A stretch of DNA of 62,983 nt, filler included, from an uncultured Methanosarcinales archaeon (GCA_964385185.1; 18 parts of 18 records of this genome joined end to end with filler, not necessarily neighbours in it); one strand, 5' to 3'. Counted from the whole stretch's first letter, positions 39,462 through 50,850 are shown. Translations and numbers: made by a program. Notes: generated by a model from the sequence alone, not told the origin.

Positions 39462-41384
39462 TTAAAGTAATCCTAATACCAGTGCTAATAAATCTATTGG
39501 GTTTTTACTACCCCCTCCAGCAATAAGTTTATCCCCCTCTGTACCGACAAATAATAGTCCTGCCGCATATCCCAAATCTGGAATTCCTTGTGCATTTTTA
39601 AGTTCTTGTTTTATTCCTTCATTACCTCCATTTTGATTAGGAATGTAAAGGGCATACACACCTTGTGATGGTAATGTTATTTGAAAGAATTTTAAAAACT
39701 CGTCAATAAGATCAATCAAATATTGTAAAAATTCTTCAACCTGTTTAATCATATCAATCATATCTTGAATAAAAGCAGCTGAATCTGAAATCATTCCTTT
39801 TAATTGTAATACAAAATTTTCTAATAGTTGAAAAAATTCACCCCAGCCAGGAACAATATCTTTAATTTGAATTCCACCAAAATCAGGCGGGGTTGAATCT
39901 GGGAGAATCATTAATTTTTCCATTGCAACTATTCCTACATGTGGATATATTCTCAGCTCTTTTGGTAATTCTGTAGTATCACCACCCTTGAAAACATAAT
40001 TAGGAAACACATCATCTCCTTCAGTTCCACTAGTTCCCCTTTGTTCCATCTCTAAAACCATATCACCAGCTATCCAGGGGTTTAATCCATCAAGATTTCT
40101 AATTGGATTTACTATGACTTCCATATCAATCCATCTTTCAGTTTCATTCATATTAAAATCTTCCATAACAGTAGTTATCATTCCCACATCATCTGTAGCT
40201 GATACCGCTTTTCTTCCTATCATAACTGTTGGAACTACAGAATCTTCAACGATCTCCGCAATTTCTCCTATACTATTATATATTTTTCCTCCTATAATAT
40301 CACCTACTACAAAGCTTTGAAACCTAGTATCAACTTGAGTCAATTTAACTGTAACTTGATTTGGAGTAATAATGGCTTCTAATGAATCTAATAAATTCTG
40401 GCCGGTGTTAGGTGCAAATTCAGGAATATCAGAAAACATTTGAGAGAACTTATTAAAAACTGAAACAAATTCTTGAAAATCGCCAGAGGCAATAATAATT
40501 GCTATTGCTCCAGACCCACCATCAAATGCAGTATTTCCTAAAATACTAGGTTTACCTACGCTTTGTTTAGAATTAAGAGCCTTTCTTGCCGCCACAAAGT
40601 TTTTAACTTTTCCGGCCTCTTCTTGTTGCTTACCTATATTAAATAGTTCTAATCCAAAATCTTTTTTGGGATTCCATCCTGTATAAGCATTACCATCAAC
40701 ATCATATACTATTGCTCCAGCTTTCGGCGCAGAAGAAACTTCTCCCAATAATTTATATCTGGGAACATCTCCCTCATCATCAAATGCTTTTATAAATTCC
40801 GTAATTACTTCTTTTACTGTAAACTGAGGGAACTTACTTGCTCCGCCTTCATTAGCATTTCTAAGAGGATCTAATAATGGCTGGGTGCTATCATATCCGC
40901 CAGGAATTAGTTTTCTAGGAGAAGCGTAACGTGGTTTTGCCACTCCCTCATTAAGCTGTGCTAATGTGGGAAGGCCTGACTGATCGCTCCAATTTCCACC
41001 TTTATCTTTTACTTCCCATATTCGTTTTCCGGCCTTGTTTCTTAGTTGTTCAAAACCATAATTATATTTTTGTTTTGGTGTTACATTTCCTTCATAATAA
41101 GGATCAACATATAAGTACCAATAACCAGCTTCTTTTAAATCTTGGATTTGTTTAAGTACTTCATCCGCTAGTTTGTCCAATGCCATTAAAAGAGGATTGA
41201 TATTTTGAAGAGTTGCTAAAAGTTTGACCACTTCCATTCCAGCACTTGCAAGAGAAAGTGTACTTTTAACAGTTTCTGCAAGAGTAGTAGCAGCTGCTGC
41301 TAACGTAGCAAGATCCCCTGCCTTCGCAATTTGATGTGGTTTCCATTCAGCTTTCGCCGTTAATAGTGCACTAAATTCAGCCAT
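39462..41384 (-). CDS. Hypothetical myovirus virion protein
   Basis: 640-aa ORF co-oriented upstream of gp25/gp6; amphipathic helical N- and C-termini. Confidence 0.65.
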   Translation of the reverse strand: MAEFSALLTAKAEWKPHQIAKAGDLATLAAAATTLAETVKSTLSLASAGMEVVKLLATLQNINPLLMALDKLADEVLKQIQDLKEAGYWYLYVDPYYEGNVTPKQKYNYGFEQLRNKAGKRIWEVKDKGGNWSDQSGLPTLAQLNEGVAKPRYASPRKLIPGGYDSTQPLLDPLRNANEGGASKFPQFTVKEVITEFIKAFDDEGDVPRYKLLGEVSSAPKAGAIVYDVDGNAYTGWNPKKDFGLELFNIGKQQEEAGKVKNFVAARKALNSKQSVGKPSILGNTAFDGGSGAIAIIIASGDFQEFVSVFNKFSQMFSDIPEFAPNTGQNLLDSLEAIITPNQVTVKLTQVDTRFQSFVVGDIIGGKIYNSIGEIAEIVEDSVVPTVMIGRKAVSATDDVGMITTVMEDFNMNETERWIDMEVIVNPIRNLDGLNPWIAGDMVLEMEQRGTSGTEGDDVFPNYVFKGGDTTELPKELRIYPHVGIVAMEKLMILPDSTPPDFGGIQIKDIVPGWGEFFQLLENFVLQLKGMISDSAAFIQDMIDMIKQVEEFLQYLIDLIDEFLKFFQITLPSQGVYALYIPNQNGGNEGIKQELKNAQGIPDLGYAAGLLFVGTEGDKLIAGGGSKNPIDLLALVLGLL

Positions 41385-41655
41385 TTTGTTTTTCCTTTTC
41401 CTTTTCGGCNNNNNNNNNNNNNNNNNNNNNNNNNNNNNNNNNNNNNNNNNNNNTTAATTAATTAANNNNNNNNNNNNNNNNNNNNNNNNNNNNNNNNNNN
41501 NNNNNNNNNCTCACCAAAATCTATTATTGACCTTTCAGTATCAGTAAAATCAATACCCAAAGAATCATACTTATCTGTTTTCCTCATTAAAGGAGACATA
41601 TCTGATGTTTTAGGAGTCGTTGTCTCTTCTCTATATGGAATTTTTGGAGGCATTA

Positions 41656-41910
41656 TTAATCCGTTATATGCATTGTTCTAAAAGGTCTAATATTCTTAGC
41701 CTCTTTTTCAACTTTTTTAAATTGTCTGACAACATTTCTAACAACTTTTCTTTCGTCATCATTAACTGCATCAGAGCCTATTGTCCTAATAGGAATATGC
41801 CTGCTGGGTTTCTTAGCATCCTTTGCCTGCTTTTGGTCAAACAATCTTACATTTGCAGCCCAAGTACCTTTATATCCCTTGTACCCTTTGTTCTTCTCAG
41901 GTCTTTTCAT
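41656..41910 (-). CDS. Hypothetical basic phage protein
   Basis: Coupled stop/start in operon downstream of terminase. Confidence 0.5.
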   Translation of the reverse strand: MKRPEKNKGYKGYKGTWAANVRLFDQKQAKDAKKPSRHIPIRTIGSDAVNDDERKVVRNVVRQFKKVEKEAKNIRPFRTMHITD

Positions 41911-42284
41911 TATTTAAAAGCCTCATAGTTATCTGGCTCACTCATTATTTTTAAAATTTCTTTAGGAACTCCTCCTTTTTCCTCATCATCATAAGGTGAA
42001 TAAGGGTCATTCTCATTAAAATACTTTCCTCCTTTAGCGTATCTTTCATATTCTTCAGGATACTGTCTAAATATATGACTCATTTCTACTAAAGATGATG
42101 TTTCTTCACCTTCAGATTCAAGTATATCTGCAGGAACTTCATTATAAGACTTATACTCTTTAGAATACTTCTTATTAATATATTCCAAATCGCTGATATT
42201 CTTTTTCTCAACCCTTGAAACTAATTCAGGTAAGGATTCAGTCTCATACTTATCAACAGCCATTAAGTCTTGTACTAGTCCCAT
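41910..42284 (-). CDS. Hypothetical acidic phage protein
   Basis: Start overlaps the terminase stop. Confidence 0.55.
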   Translation of the reverse strand: MGLVQDLMAVDKYETESLPELVSRVEKKNISDLEYINKKYSKEYKSYNEVPADILESEGEETSSLVEMSHIFRQYPEEYERYAKGGKYFNENDPYSPYDDEEKGGVPKEILKIMSEPDNYEAFK

Positions 42285-43849
42285 TACGCTACAATCCAGC
42301 TTTTTGCTTTTTTCGTAGGTTTATACCAAGTTTTGTCATCATTTTGTACGAAATTGGGCGGAAAAGCATGAATATTGGCGTAGAAAAGTGTTTCAATGGT
42401 GTCATCGTGAGCCATACGTGGCCCAAAGGTAACTATTTCGTTAATTAAATCAAACATATTTTGCATTACAAATATAGTTCCTGAGCTAAACCTTCCAGAG
42501 AGTCCAGAATATACCCTGTTAATCTTATTTCTACCTCCTGGCTTTTCAGGAACTACAGCTACATCAAACTTATTTAATCGCCTTCTTTCCTCATTTAATG
42601 CCTGGAATATACTTCTATTCATAGCTACATCTTCTACTGTACTTGATATACAATGATATTTCTGATGCATTTCGAGTATGTAGTCTACAACGCCCTTTTT
42701 ATTTAGATAGTTTCCATGTATGTCTTTTGCTCCGATTGTCGGAATTGACCTGTGACGTTCATACTCTAATGCATACAGATTATTATCAACATCAATAGCA
42801 ATACACATAATAACTGAAAAATCAGATTCTTTTGTATCAATATCTGTAGCTGGGTCGCAACCAATGAAAGTATTAACTGGAATTCTTTCGCCACCAATGA
42901 CAAGATGGTTCTGATTTTCTTCTGCATCATATTCATAATATCCTTTCCAGAATTTTATATGTTCTCTTGTGAATAACGCATCTTCAGCACTTTGAACCTC
43001 CATCATATATTCTTGATAGAACTTAGATGACTGTCCTGAATCGTTATAAAATCTTTTCTTTTCTTCTAATTTACTCTTACTAAAGAACGACGGCCACAAT
43101 GTTTCACCAGAAGGCAATATTGCTTTAGATGTTATTATCTCCCAAGCAAAGTCTTCGCCGTCTGAACAAGCGCGTTCGTAATTGATAAGAAGATTATTAA
43201 TAAAAGAGTCGTAATGTACGGGAGTACCATTAACACGCAACCGCCCAGTATGAGGCTCAATCGCAGGATAAACGACAGCAGTGACCAAATTCGCATTCTT
43301 GTCCCTGGATTCTCTGGTGATTGTGTTTGCTTCGTGCTCAAAGTCGTCAAGTACAATAAGATCATACCTTTTATGGAGTTTAGCACCACCTCTGATTCCT
43401 GCAACATTGCTCTTAGAAATAAGCTTACATCCATTTGATAATTCTATATCCTCCTCTGTCCATTTAATTCCCTTTAATTTACCAAAATAATACAATATCT
43501 TGTCATTGTATTCTAAATGGTGCTTTATGTAGTCCATATTACCTACAGATAATTTTTGAGTAGCAGATACCCAAGCATAAAACAAAAAGTCATCTTGTGG
43601 TTTGAAGAGGAAGTCCTTGAGGATAGAGGCTTTTGTCAGAACGGTTTTGCCGTGACCTCTAGGTAGGATGATGGCTAATTGCTTTACATTTAAATCATCA
43701 ATGGAATCTGCTACTCTGTAATGAAAAGCAGGGGTTTCGCTTCTCATGAAATCATTTGGTAAGAACAGTTTACCAAACGCTATTAAATCTTTGTATGCTA
43801 ACCTAAGAGCTTCTTCAGCTTGCGATATATTTTGTGTGTTTATATTCAT
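42284..43849 (-). CDS. Terminase large subunit
   Basis: Walker A PRGHGKT, Walker B LIVLDDFE, NGTP, F.QEYM, GCDPA, HDDTIETL. Confidence 0.92.
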   Translation of the reverse strand: MNINTQNISQAEEALRLAYKDLIAFGKLFLPNDFMRSETPAFHYRVADSIDDLNVKQLAIILPRGHGKTVLTKASILKDFLFKPQDDFLFYAWVSATQKLSVGNMDYIKHHLEYNDKILYYFGKLKGIKWTEEDIELSNGCKLISKSNVAGIRGGAKLHKRYDLIVLDDFEHEANTITRESRDKNANLVTAVVYPAIEPHTGRLRVNGTPVHYDSFINNLLINYERACSDGEDFAWEIITSKAILPSGETLWPSFFSKSKLEEKKRFYNDSGQSSKFYQEYMMEVQSAEDALFTREHIKFWKGYYEYDAEENQNHLVIGGERIPVNTFIGCDPATDIDTKESDFSVIMCIAIDVDNNLYALEYERHRSIPTIGAKDIHGNYLNKKGVVDYILEMHQKYHCISSTVEDVAMNRSIFQALNEERRRLNKFDVAVVPEKPGGRNKINRVYSGLSGRFSSGTIFVMQNMFDLINEIVTFGPRMAHDDTIETLFYANIHAFPPNFVQNDDKTWYKPTKKAKSWIVA

Positions 43850-43893
43850 ATTATTGTGAAACCCAATCTTTATACTTTTCTATCCAAGAATGA

Positions 43894-44280
43894 TTAAAAA
43901 GGTTCAACAACACCTTTTATATGAGGTGGTTTCGTTATCATATGTACCAATGCTCTTAATGCTGCTTCTCCAGCTCTAACTTTAGTATACTTCCTTGCAA
44001 ATCTTCCCCTACCACGGCTAGCCTTTTCAATATCAAAAAGCTCACTCCAATCTGACGGATTCATCTTAAAATCCCAGATATCTTCATATGAAACTTTACC
44101 TTTTCCTAATTCCTTTCTAGTATATCCACCCATAACAGAATGAGGAGATAGGTTTTTTCCGCCCTTAAAATCATCAATAAACTCTGGTTGTAATATCTCT
44201 CTTGCAAGAGATCTACCTCCCTTGCTTTTGGGATTAAAACTTAAAGTCCCATCTGCATTCTCAACAAAAATATTTTTTCC
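43894..44280 (-). CDS. Hypothetical phage protein, 5' truncated
   Basis: Frame open to edge; HSVMGGY...SYEDIWDF. Confidence 0.5.
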   Translation of the reverse strand, partial: GKNIFVENADGTLSFNPKSKGGRSLAREILQPEFIDDFKGGKNLSPHSVMGGYTRKELGKGKVSYEDIWDFKMNPSDWSELFDIEKASRGRGRFARKYTKVRAGEAALRALVHMITKPPHIKGVVEPF

Positions 44281-44380
44281 NNNNNNNNNNNNNNNNNNNN
44301 NNNNNNNNNNNNNNNNNNNNNNNNTTAATTAATTAANNNNNNNNNNNNNNNNNNNNNNNNNNNNNNNNNNNNNNNNNNNN

Positions 44381-44932
44381 AGAATCTTTGACATTATTAA
44401 GCCTGCTCTTGAGAGAGAGTATGGAGATAGAATACATGTCTTTGAGGCGCATAGACCGGTAGGCGCGGTCGTAGATAAAATACGAGAACTAAAGGATGAC
44501 CCATTAGAAAAGCTCAAGGTGTATGGGAGAATAGAAGATCTTAGAAGATATTATATTAATAATAGGCATCTAATGAGAGACGTACAAGATCTCTATGATG
44601 ATGGCGTTCTTGAATTTGGAACAATATCTGCTAATGAGGCAGAAGGGCTTTCTGCAGAAGAACTTTCAGATCTTGAAGCAGATAGAATTTCAAGAGCATT
44701 AAGTGGAACATATCCAAAAGCGACACCAGAAGAACTAAGAGATTATTCTGGTGTAAGTGCTACAGCAGTTAGAAATATGATAGATACAAAAGATGTAGAT
44801 GCTTTAAAGAGATACCTTCCTAATTTTTTAACCTCTGATGAAGAAGATCAAATAATAGACATCCTTTTAGAAAGTGATGTACAGGCAGAGGCGTATCTTA
44901 GATACTTAATACGTGGGATAATCAAGGGATAG
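44381..44932 (+). CDS. C-terminal half of a HIGH-superfamily (cytidylyltransferase/NMNAT-like) nucleotidyltransferase
   Basis: Frame open from edge; GVSATAVRNMI (SxT/xR motif); N-terminal HxGH missing due to truncation. Confidence 0.55.
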   Translation, partial: RIFDIIKPALEREYGDRIHVFEAHRPVGAVVDKIRELKDDPLEKLKVYGRIEDLRRYYINNRHLMRDVQDLYDDGVLEFGTISANEAEGLSAEELSDLEADRISRALSGTYPKATPEELRDYSGVSATAVRNMIDTKDVDALKRYLPNFLTSDEEDQIIDILLESDVQAEAYLRYLIRGIIKG

Positions 44933-44934
44933 AG

Positions 44935-47122
44935 ATGGCAATCTTACCAGTTCATAAACAGTATATCGCAGTTGCAGCAAAAATAGTTGCAGAGCAGATA
45001 GAATCAGAATCGAGTGGGCCCGGACTAGAGTCTCACATTTACAATATCTACGAACAGTTAAGTATGCCCTTATCAGATATAGAGGAGATAATGGACGCAT
45101 CTCTGGCCGGAAAGCTTGAAAATGTTCAGGAAAAGGTCGATGGTCAGAACATCACGTTCACTGTTGTCAATGGAGTCATTCAGTTTTTTTCTAAGATGGA
45201 TCTTCAAAATCAAAGAAATAGAGATAGAGCTTTAGATAGAATTTTAAAAGGGGATGGAGCCACACCTGACGATATAGCTAGAAAGTATACTGATGATAAG
45301 GGAATGGGATCATTGAGAGAGGCATACATTATGGCGTATGAGGCTTTAACTCCTGTCGCATCAAGATACTCTGATTCCTTATTTCAAAATGGAAATGTTG
45401 TAATTGTTTCCTCATTAGCAACTCCAAGAAATCCTAATACAATAATTTACGAGGATGATAACTTTATCTTCATAAAGCCGGTTGCATTGCAAGCCGGAAC
45501 ACATGTTGACTCGTCAGAGTATAGACGGTTTGTAGATGATGCAGAGAAAGCTAAGGAGAGCGTTTTTAATATGAGAAGTGTTCCCACGGCCAAGCTTATT
45601 AAGTCTCTAGATAGAGATGATGAAAAGATAGAAGAGCTCAAGTCAGATTTCAGAAATATTATTGGAGAAGCCGGCCTATCTGTCCAGAGAGATACAGTGG
45701 GCGATTATGCTCTCAAAAGAGTAGAGAATTTAATATCTTCTCAATATAATTTTATACCACCAGACATGGTGAGACCTGTCGCTCTCAGATTTGTAACGGG
45801 AAGAGGTGCTGTTGCAAATAGCCTTAAAAAGGTTATTTCTTCTGATGAGTATAAGAGATATCAAGATATCGATAAAACAAAATCTCAAATAGTAGATGAA
45901 TCCATAATTCCATTAGAAGAGATTATTCAGAGGCTTGGTGTCATGGTTGTAGATAAGCTAGATCTAGCGCTAAAGGCGACAAATTCTAATGAACTTTTAT
46001 CACTTGTGAAGACGGTTAGATCAGAATTTGAGAGAGGTGTCAGCTTTGTTGATGACTCAGCAGATCCACAAAAAGCAAAAAGGGTATCAGAAGGAATTAG
46101 AGTAGCTCTTGAAAGACTCCAGTCAAATGAAGATCTCTTTAGAACAGCAACTGAGGGAATTGTCTTTACGTGGAAAGATGGTAAGACATATAAGCTAACG
46201 GGATTATTTACACCTATCAACCGATTAAAGGGATTTTTCTCGTATAGCGGTGCAAAATCTTCTCATATAAAAGAAGAACAGGTATCTGAATCTAATCTTG
46301 TTAGTGTTAAAAATAGAGTAAGAAGAAGATGGGAAAAATATAGTGTCATACATGAGGGGGGATCAGCTTTTAAAGATTCTTCTGGAAATATTCTTACAAG
46401 AAAGGGTCGTATATCGAGATCAGAAGTATATACAATATTAAAATCATTTGAAGAGGAAGTTCTTAAACCTCTTGGAATTAATCACGAGCCAGTAGGTAGT
46501 ACTGGATCAAATACAGAAACAGTTGGCGATATTGATATAGCAGTTGACATAGCATCAAGAGACGTTCTTTTAAATGTATTAGCGGGACATCTCGATAGTG
46601 AAAAGATTAAAAAACTACCTGGAATAGTTGCAGTAATGTTTAAGGTACCAGATTCAGACCCAGAGGAGTTTGTTCAGATAGACGTTGTTCCTAGCTCTAA
46701 TATATCTGATACTCAATGGTTAATGATGGGAGCGGGCGAGGGACAGATAAAAGGTGTTTATCGAAATCTTCTTCTCGCATATCTCGCAAAGACTAAGAGT
46801 GATAGAGAGTCTAGTACTCTACAAACTGTAAAATATACTCTTACATTTCCTGGAGGTCTTCTAAAAAGAGTTAACGGATCTCCGATTTCTCCAAGGGAGT
46901 CTGATCCAGATTTGTTTCTGCCAATGCTAGGATTTCCAAAAGAGCTCTCAAAGGATAGGCTTGAAAGCTTCGAGAGTCTCGTCGATTATATGAAACATGA
47001 CCCTAGTATGTCTACTATCCTTTCTGGGTTTAAGGATTATATTGATAATAATAGATATTTGAGGATCTCCAATAAGATGATAATTGATCAGGCTAAAATG
47101 GCCGCAGATTATATAGATGAAA
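44935..47122 (+). CDS. ATP-dependent nucleic-acid ligase-like domain fused to a Pol-beta nucleotidyltransferase (3' truncated)
   Basis: EKVDGQN (motif I), EGIVF (IV), YKLTG (V); then EGG, VGSTG...GDIDIAVD, FVQID. Confidence 0.75.
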
Positions 47123-47222
47123 NNNNNNNNNNNNNNNNNNNNNNNNNNNNNNNNNNNNNNNNNNNNTTAATTAATTAANNNNNNNNNNNNNNNNNNNNNN
47201 NNNNNNNNNNNNNNNNNNNNNN

Positions 47223-47462
47223 TGCATGGACAAACCAAAGGAGAGGGTTCTTTGCTTGTTTGGCTCCTGCGTTGAGGCATTGTGCTCTCCCATTTACTCC
47301 CTTGATGACCTTTACTTGGGATATATTGATTTTTGGAATGCTGTCGACTTCAGCAAGGATAATTTCATCTTCTTTTGAGATTTTCAGGTAAAGTTGAGAA
47401 ATTAATTTTTTAGCTAAGGTGCTGTCATTCTTTGAAGGTATGATAATACTTATCCCAGTCAT
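47223..47462 (-). CDS. Glycosyltransferase family 2 (3' truncated)
   Basis: ISIIIP..N, GRAQCLNAGA, LWFVHA. Confidence 0.8.
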
Positions 47463-48202
47463 TATATAGAATACTTAAGAAGATAATATAACCTTTTCGC
47501 TACGTTGAGGGTTCGGATGAAGATAGTTTTTATTTTAGAGCGTTGAGCAACAGCAATAATATAATCTGCCATGTCCTTTGCAGTTAACATTTGTCCTCGA
47601 CCTGGAGGTTGTTTGTAATTGTCAAAGAATTCTGTCTGGATTCTGGCTGGATGGATTGTGGTGACTTTGATGTTATGTTTCTTTAATTCTCCTTTAATAG
47701 ATTTTTTGAATCCAGTAACTGCATGCTTAGAGGCACAGTAGGCTGCGTAGTTAGATGCCCCGAACAGACCTGCTAGTGAGGAGATCGTGATTATGTGGCC
47801 TTTGCTGTTAGTTTTTTTCATTGCCTCTGTGGCTGCTTTTGTGCAGAGGAAGACACTCATTAGATTTGTTTGCAGAAGGTTTGTAAAATCTTTTTGTGTT
47901 ATGTCTGGTAGTGGTGCTTTTAGCCCAGTTCCTGCATTGTTGATAAGAATATCAATTTTTTGAAATTTGGATAGAGTTGTGGTGATTAGATTTTGAATTT
48001 GGGATTCATCTGTAACGTCGGTTTGGACAGCTAGTGAGGTTGTGTATTTGGATAATTCAGATGCCAATTGTTCTATTCTTTCTTTTCTTCTTGCTGCTAG
48101 GATAACAATTGCTTTGTTTTTGGCAAATGCTATTGCTGCAGCTTTACCAATGCCACTTGAGGCCCCTGTTATGATTACTACCTTATTCTTTAAAGAGATC
48201 AT
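47462..48202 (-). CDS. Short-chain dehydrogenase/reductase
   Basis: TGASSGIG, INNAG, SS, YCASK. Confidence 0.95.
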   Translation of the reverse strand: MISLKNKVVIITGASSGIGKAAAIAFAKNKAIVILAARRKERIEQLASELSKYTTSLAVQTDVTDESQIQNLITTTLSKFQKIDILINNAGTGLKAPLPDITQKDFTNLLQTNLMSVFLCTKAATEAMKKTNSKGHIITISSLAGLFGASNYAAYCASKHAVTGFKKSIKGELKKHNIKVTTIHPARIQTEFFDNYKQPPGRGQMLTAKDMADYIIAVAQRSKIKTIFIRTLNVAKRLYYLLKYSI

Positions 48203-49199
48203 TTTTTTGCATCCATTCTATGGTTTCTTGGATTGTCTGTTCGAAAGGTATCTTTGGTTGCCAGTTAATTTGGTGTTTTGCTCTTTGATTTGTGAAATAT
48301 CTTAACTTACAGGCAGAGTCAAAGTTATCAGCAGGTAGAGTTGGAGGGGTCTTTTTAAGTCTTTCATTCCATAATAGGAGTTTATAGAGGGGATAATTTG
48401 CAATTTTGGGGAGTGTGATTGATGGGGGAGGGACTGATAATTGTGATGCAATTGTATTGTTGATGTTTGTAAAGGAGAGATTGTATCCGGAAAGTAACAT
48501 GTCTTGATTTTGGTGTGATCTTACCGCCATGGCGATGCCTCTTGCTACATCTCTGACGTCTATTATGTTTGTTCCGCCTGGCATGTTAAAAGGGATTTTT
48601 TTGTTTTTTATGGCTCTGATTAATTTGGAAGAGTTTGTTACATCTCCAGGGCCCCACATCAAACCAGGGTAGAGAATGGTGGCTTTTAGTCCTTTGTTTC
48701 TGTAGGTTTTAATGACTTGGTCACCAAGAAATTTAGTGAGCATATAGTATTTTTTTCTTTTTTTGGCTATTTTCCAATTGAATTTAAATTGTTCATTCAC
48801 TAGGTCCTTTGGATTGTCTTTGTAACCAAGGGCAGCTACACTACTGATATGAAAAAGATGTTTTACTTTGTGCTGTAGGCACGCTTTGGCAACATTTCCT
48901 GTTCCTTTGACGTTTACTTTATAGAGGTTTTCTTTGTCCTTTAGGTTAAAAGAGACTAGGCCTGCGAGATGGATGACAATGTCGATGTTTTTGAAATTTT
49001 CATGTAAAGAGTCGTAATTTGTAATGTCGCAGTCAAGATGGAAATTGATTCTTGGATTTGTATTGGAAGTAATGGAGGTATTGTCATTGGATTTTAGATC
49101 AAGGATGTGAAATTTTGCAGTGTGAAATGTACGAATAAGATTTTTGAGAAGATATTTTCCCAGAAATCCACAGCCACCTGTAACTAAAATCGATTTCAT
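48183..49199 (-). CDS. NAD-dependent epimerase/dehydratase (HpnA/DFR-like)
   Basis: TGGCGFLG, HLAG, VNV.GT, SSVAA, YMLTK, DVRDVA. Confidence 0.9.
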   Translation of the reverse strand: MKSILVTGGCGFLGKYLLKNLIRTFHTAKFHILDLKSNDNTSITSNTNPRINFHLDCDITNYDSLHENFKNIDIVIHLAGLVSFNLKDKENLYKVNVKGTGNVAKACLQHKVKHLFHISSVAALGYKDNPKDLVNEQFKFNWKIAKKRKKYYMLTKFLGDQVIKTYRNKGLKATILYPGLMWGPGDVTNSSKLIRAIKNKKIPFNMPGGTNIIDVRDVARGIAMAVRSHQNQDMLLSGYNLSFTNINNTIASQLSVPPPSITLPKIANYPLYKLLLWNERLKKTPPTLPADNFDSACKLRYFTNQRAKHQINWQPKIPFEQTIQETIEWMQKNDLFKE

Positions 49200-49336
49200 T
49201 AAGCAAAGAAATTCAATATTGTTTATAATGTCTTCGGTAGTATTTTACCATAGTGCTTAGATGATTTTAGAGTGGGGTTATTCGATTTTTTTTGTAGAAA
49301 GTTTTATATATATTGTATTTGAATTATATCTTCAAT

Positions 49337-49887
49337 ATGAAAAGTCCTGAAGAATTAGAAGCTACCCTTGAACCTATGATTGATGAAATGTCGAAGATGA
49401 GGAAGAAAACGGAACAAGGACAACAAATTAGGGCAGAAATTATTCGACGAATTACTGAAGCTGTTGAAGTCCTTAAGGAAGATTCAAAAAATGAGAAGGA
49501 TAGATTTACTGTCATTAATCTTCTTAAAAGGGAAAAAAGATTTTTAGAGATAGTAAGAAAAGGGAGTAAACATGCTAGAAAATATCTTAACGAAGTTGTT
49601 AAGGTGTTAAGTGATTTGAAATGGGGAAAGGAAAAAGACAAGTTATTTGCAATTACTACCAAACTGGATGATTCCTTGCATTTTGTTCAGAGAAAAATTA
49701 GGATAATCAGAAAGCGTGTAAAAAGAGGGATTAAATTAGAGGAAAGAGACTTCGAGGGGAAACATCTGGGAAAGTTCATGGATACTCTTACGGAAGAAAT
49801 GAAGTTAGATCGAGTAATGGAAAATCGAATGGAAGGTAAATTAACGGTGCAAGCTTCAGAATTGGATAGATTTGCAGGAAAGGTAAT
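49337..49887 (+). CDS. Hypothetical coiled-coil protein (3' truncated)
   Basis: K/E/R-rich helical ORF after TTTATATA TATA box. Confidence 0.55.
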
Positions 49888-50001
49888 NNNNNNNNNNNNN
49901 NNNNNNNNNNNNNNNNNNNNNNNNNNNNNNNTTAATTAATTAANNNNNNNNNNNNNNNNNNNNNNNNNNNNNNNNNNNNNNNNNNNNTCATATTTAAAGA
50001 T

Positions 50002-50727
50002 TTATAGCTTAGAAGCACTCTTCCATATAATATTAAAGAATTGATCATACGACTTAGCAGCAATACTATTCTCAATCAATATCCCAATAGGTTTCTCAGT
50101 CCAAATAATGATCCCGATCTTATTATTTCTAATGATAGTCTCAGTCAAAGGCTCAAACCCCTCTGTAGTATATCGAACTTCACATTTGCCATATCTAAAC
50201 TCAGCCTTCCACTTCTTCAAAGACTCATTAAATAATAATTGAGCTTTAATCCCTTTTTCTACCCTCATGTTATGGTATCGAACCCACCATGCCTCTCCTA
50301 ACATAAGAGAATCTCCTGTAGACCCAAAGGTATGATGTTCATTACCTCCAGAATTCAATAATTCCATCAACAACTCCTTAACACCTCGAATATTCCTAAA
50401 CACAACAACCTCTGGTTTCTCCTTTGCAGTTTCCTGCTTTAACAACAACTCAGGTAATACTTCCTCAAAACGCTCTTTTTTCTCATTGATATAGTCAACA
50501 ATATGATTGGGATTACTGGCTTGGTAATGCTTCCGTGTTCCTTCTTTGATAAATGAAACAAACCCCTTATCTACAAGTTTATTCAGCGTCATAAACACAA
50601 CAGAACTCTGCAATCCAGATCTATCTAGTATAGGTCCAGCTGTAGAAGTACCCAACTCCAAGAGGGCAATATACACCTTAATCTCAGCATTACTAAGTCC
50701 TATATCTTCGAGTATCGAAACGTCCAT
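50002..50727 (-). CDS. TrmB-family transcriptional regulator
   Basis: LEDIGLSNAEIKVYIALLELG, L.KLVDKGFVS, Y.ASNP; C-terminal effector domain. Confidence 0.9.
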   Translation of the reverse strand: MDVSILEDIGLSNAEIKVYIALLELGTSTAGPILDRSGLQSSVVFMTLNKLVDKGFVSFIKEGTRKHYQASNPNHIVDYINEKKERFEEVLPELLLKQETAKEKPEVVVFRNIRGVKELLMELLNSGGNEHHTFGSTGDSLMLGEAWWVRYHNMRVEKGIKAQLLFNESLKKWKAEFRYGKCEVRYTTEGFEPLTETIIRNNKIGIIIWTEKPIGILIENSIAAKSYDQFFNIIWKSASKL

Positions 50728-50850
50728 ATCCTCTAATCCCTTCAGGACTTTATAAACATATCGTATACTCCTCCATAAATGGAGAAGGATAGTATAAGTA
50801 CCTTCTAGCACCTACTAAGAAGTAAATATAACTTTCAAAGGAGGAAAAAA

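Noticed and set aside
38455..47122. One phage genome with baseplate, terminase and ligase
   Set aside because: Three separate contigs divided by linkers; nothing ties them together
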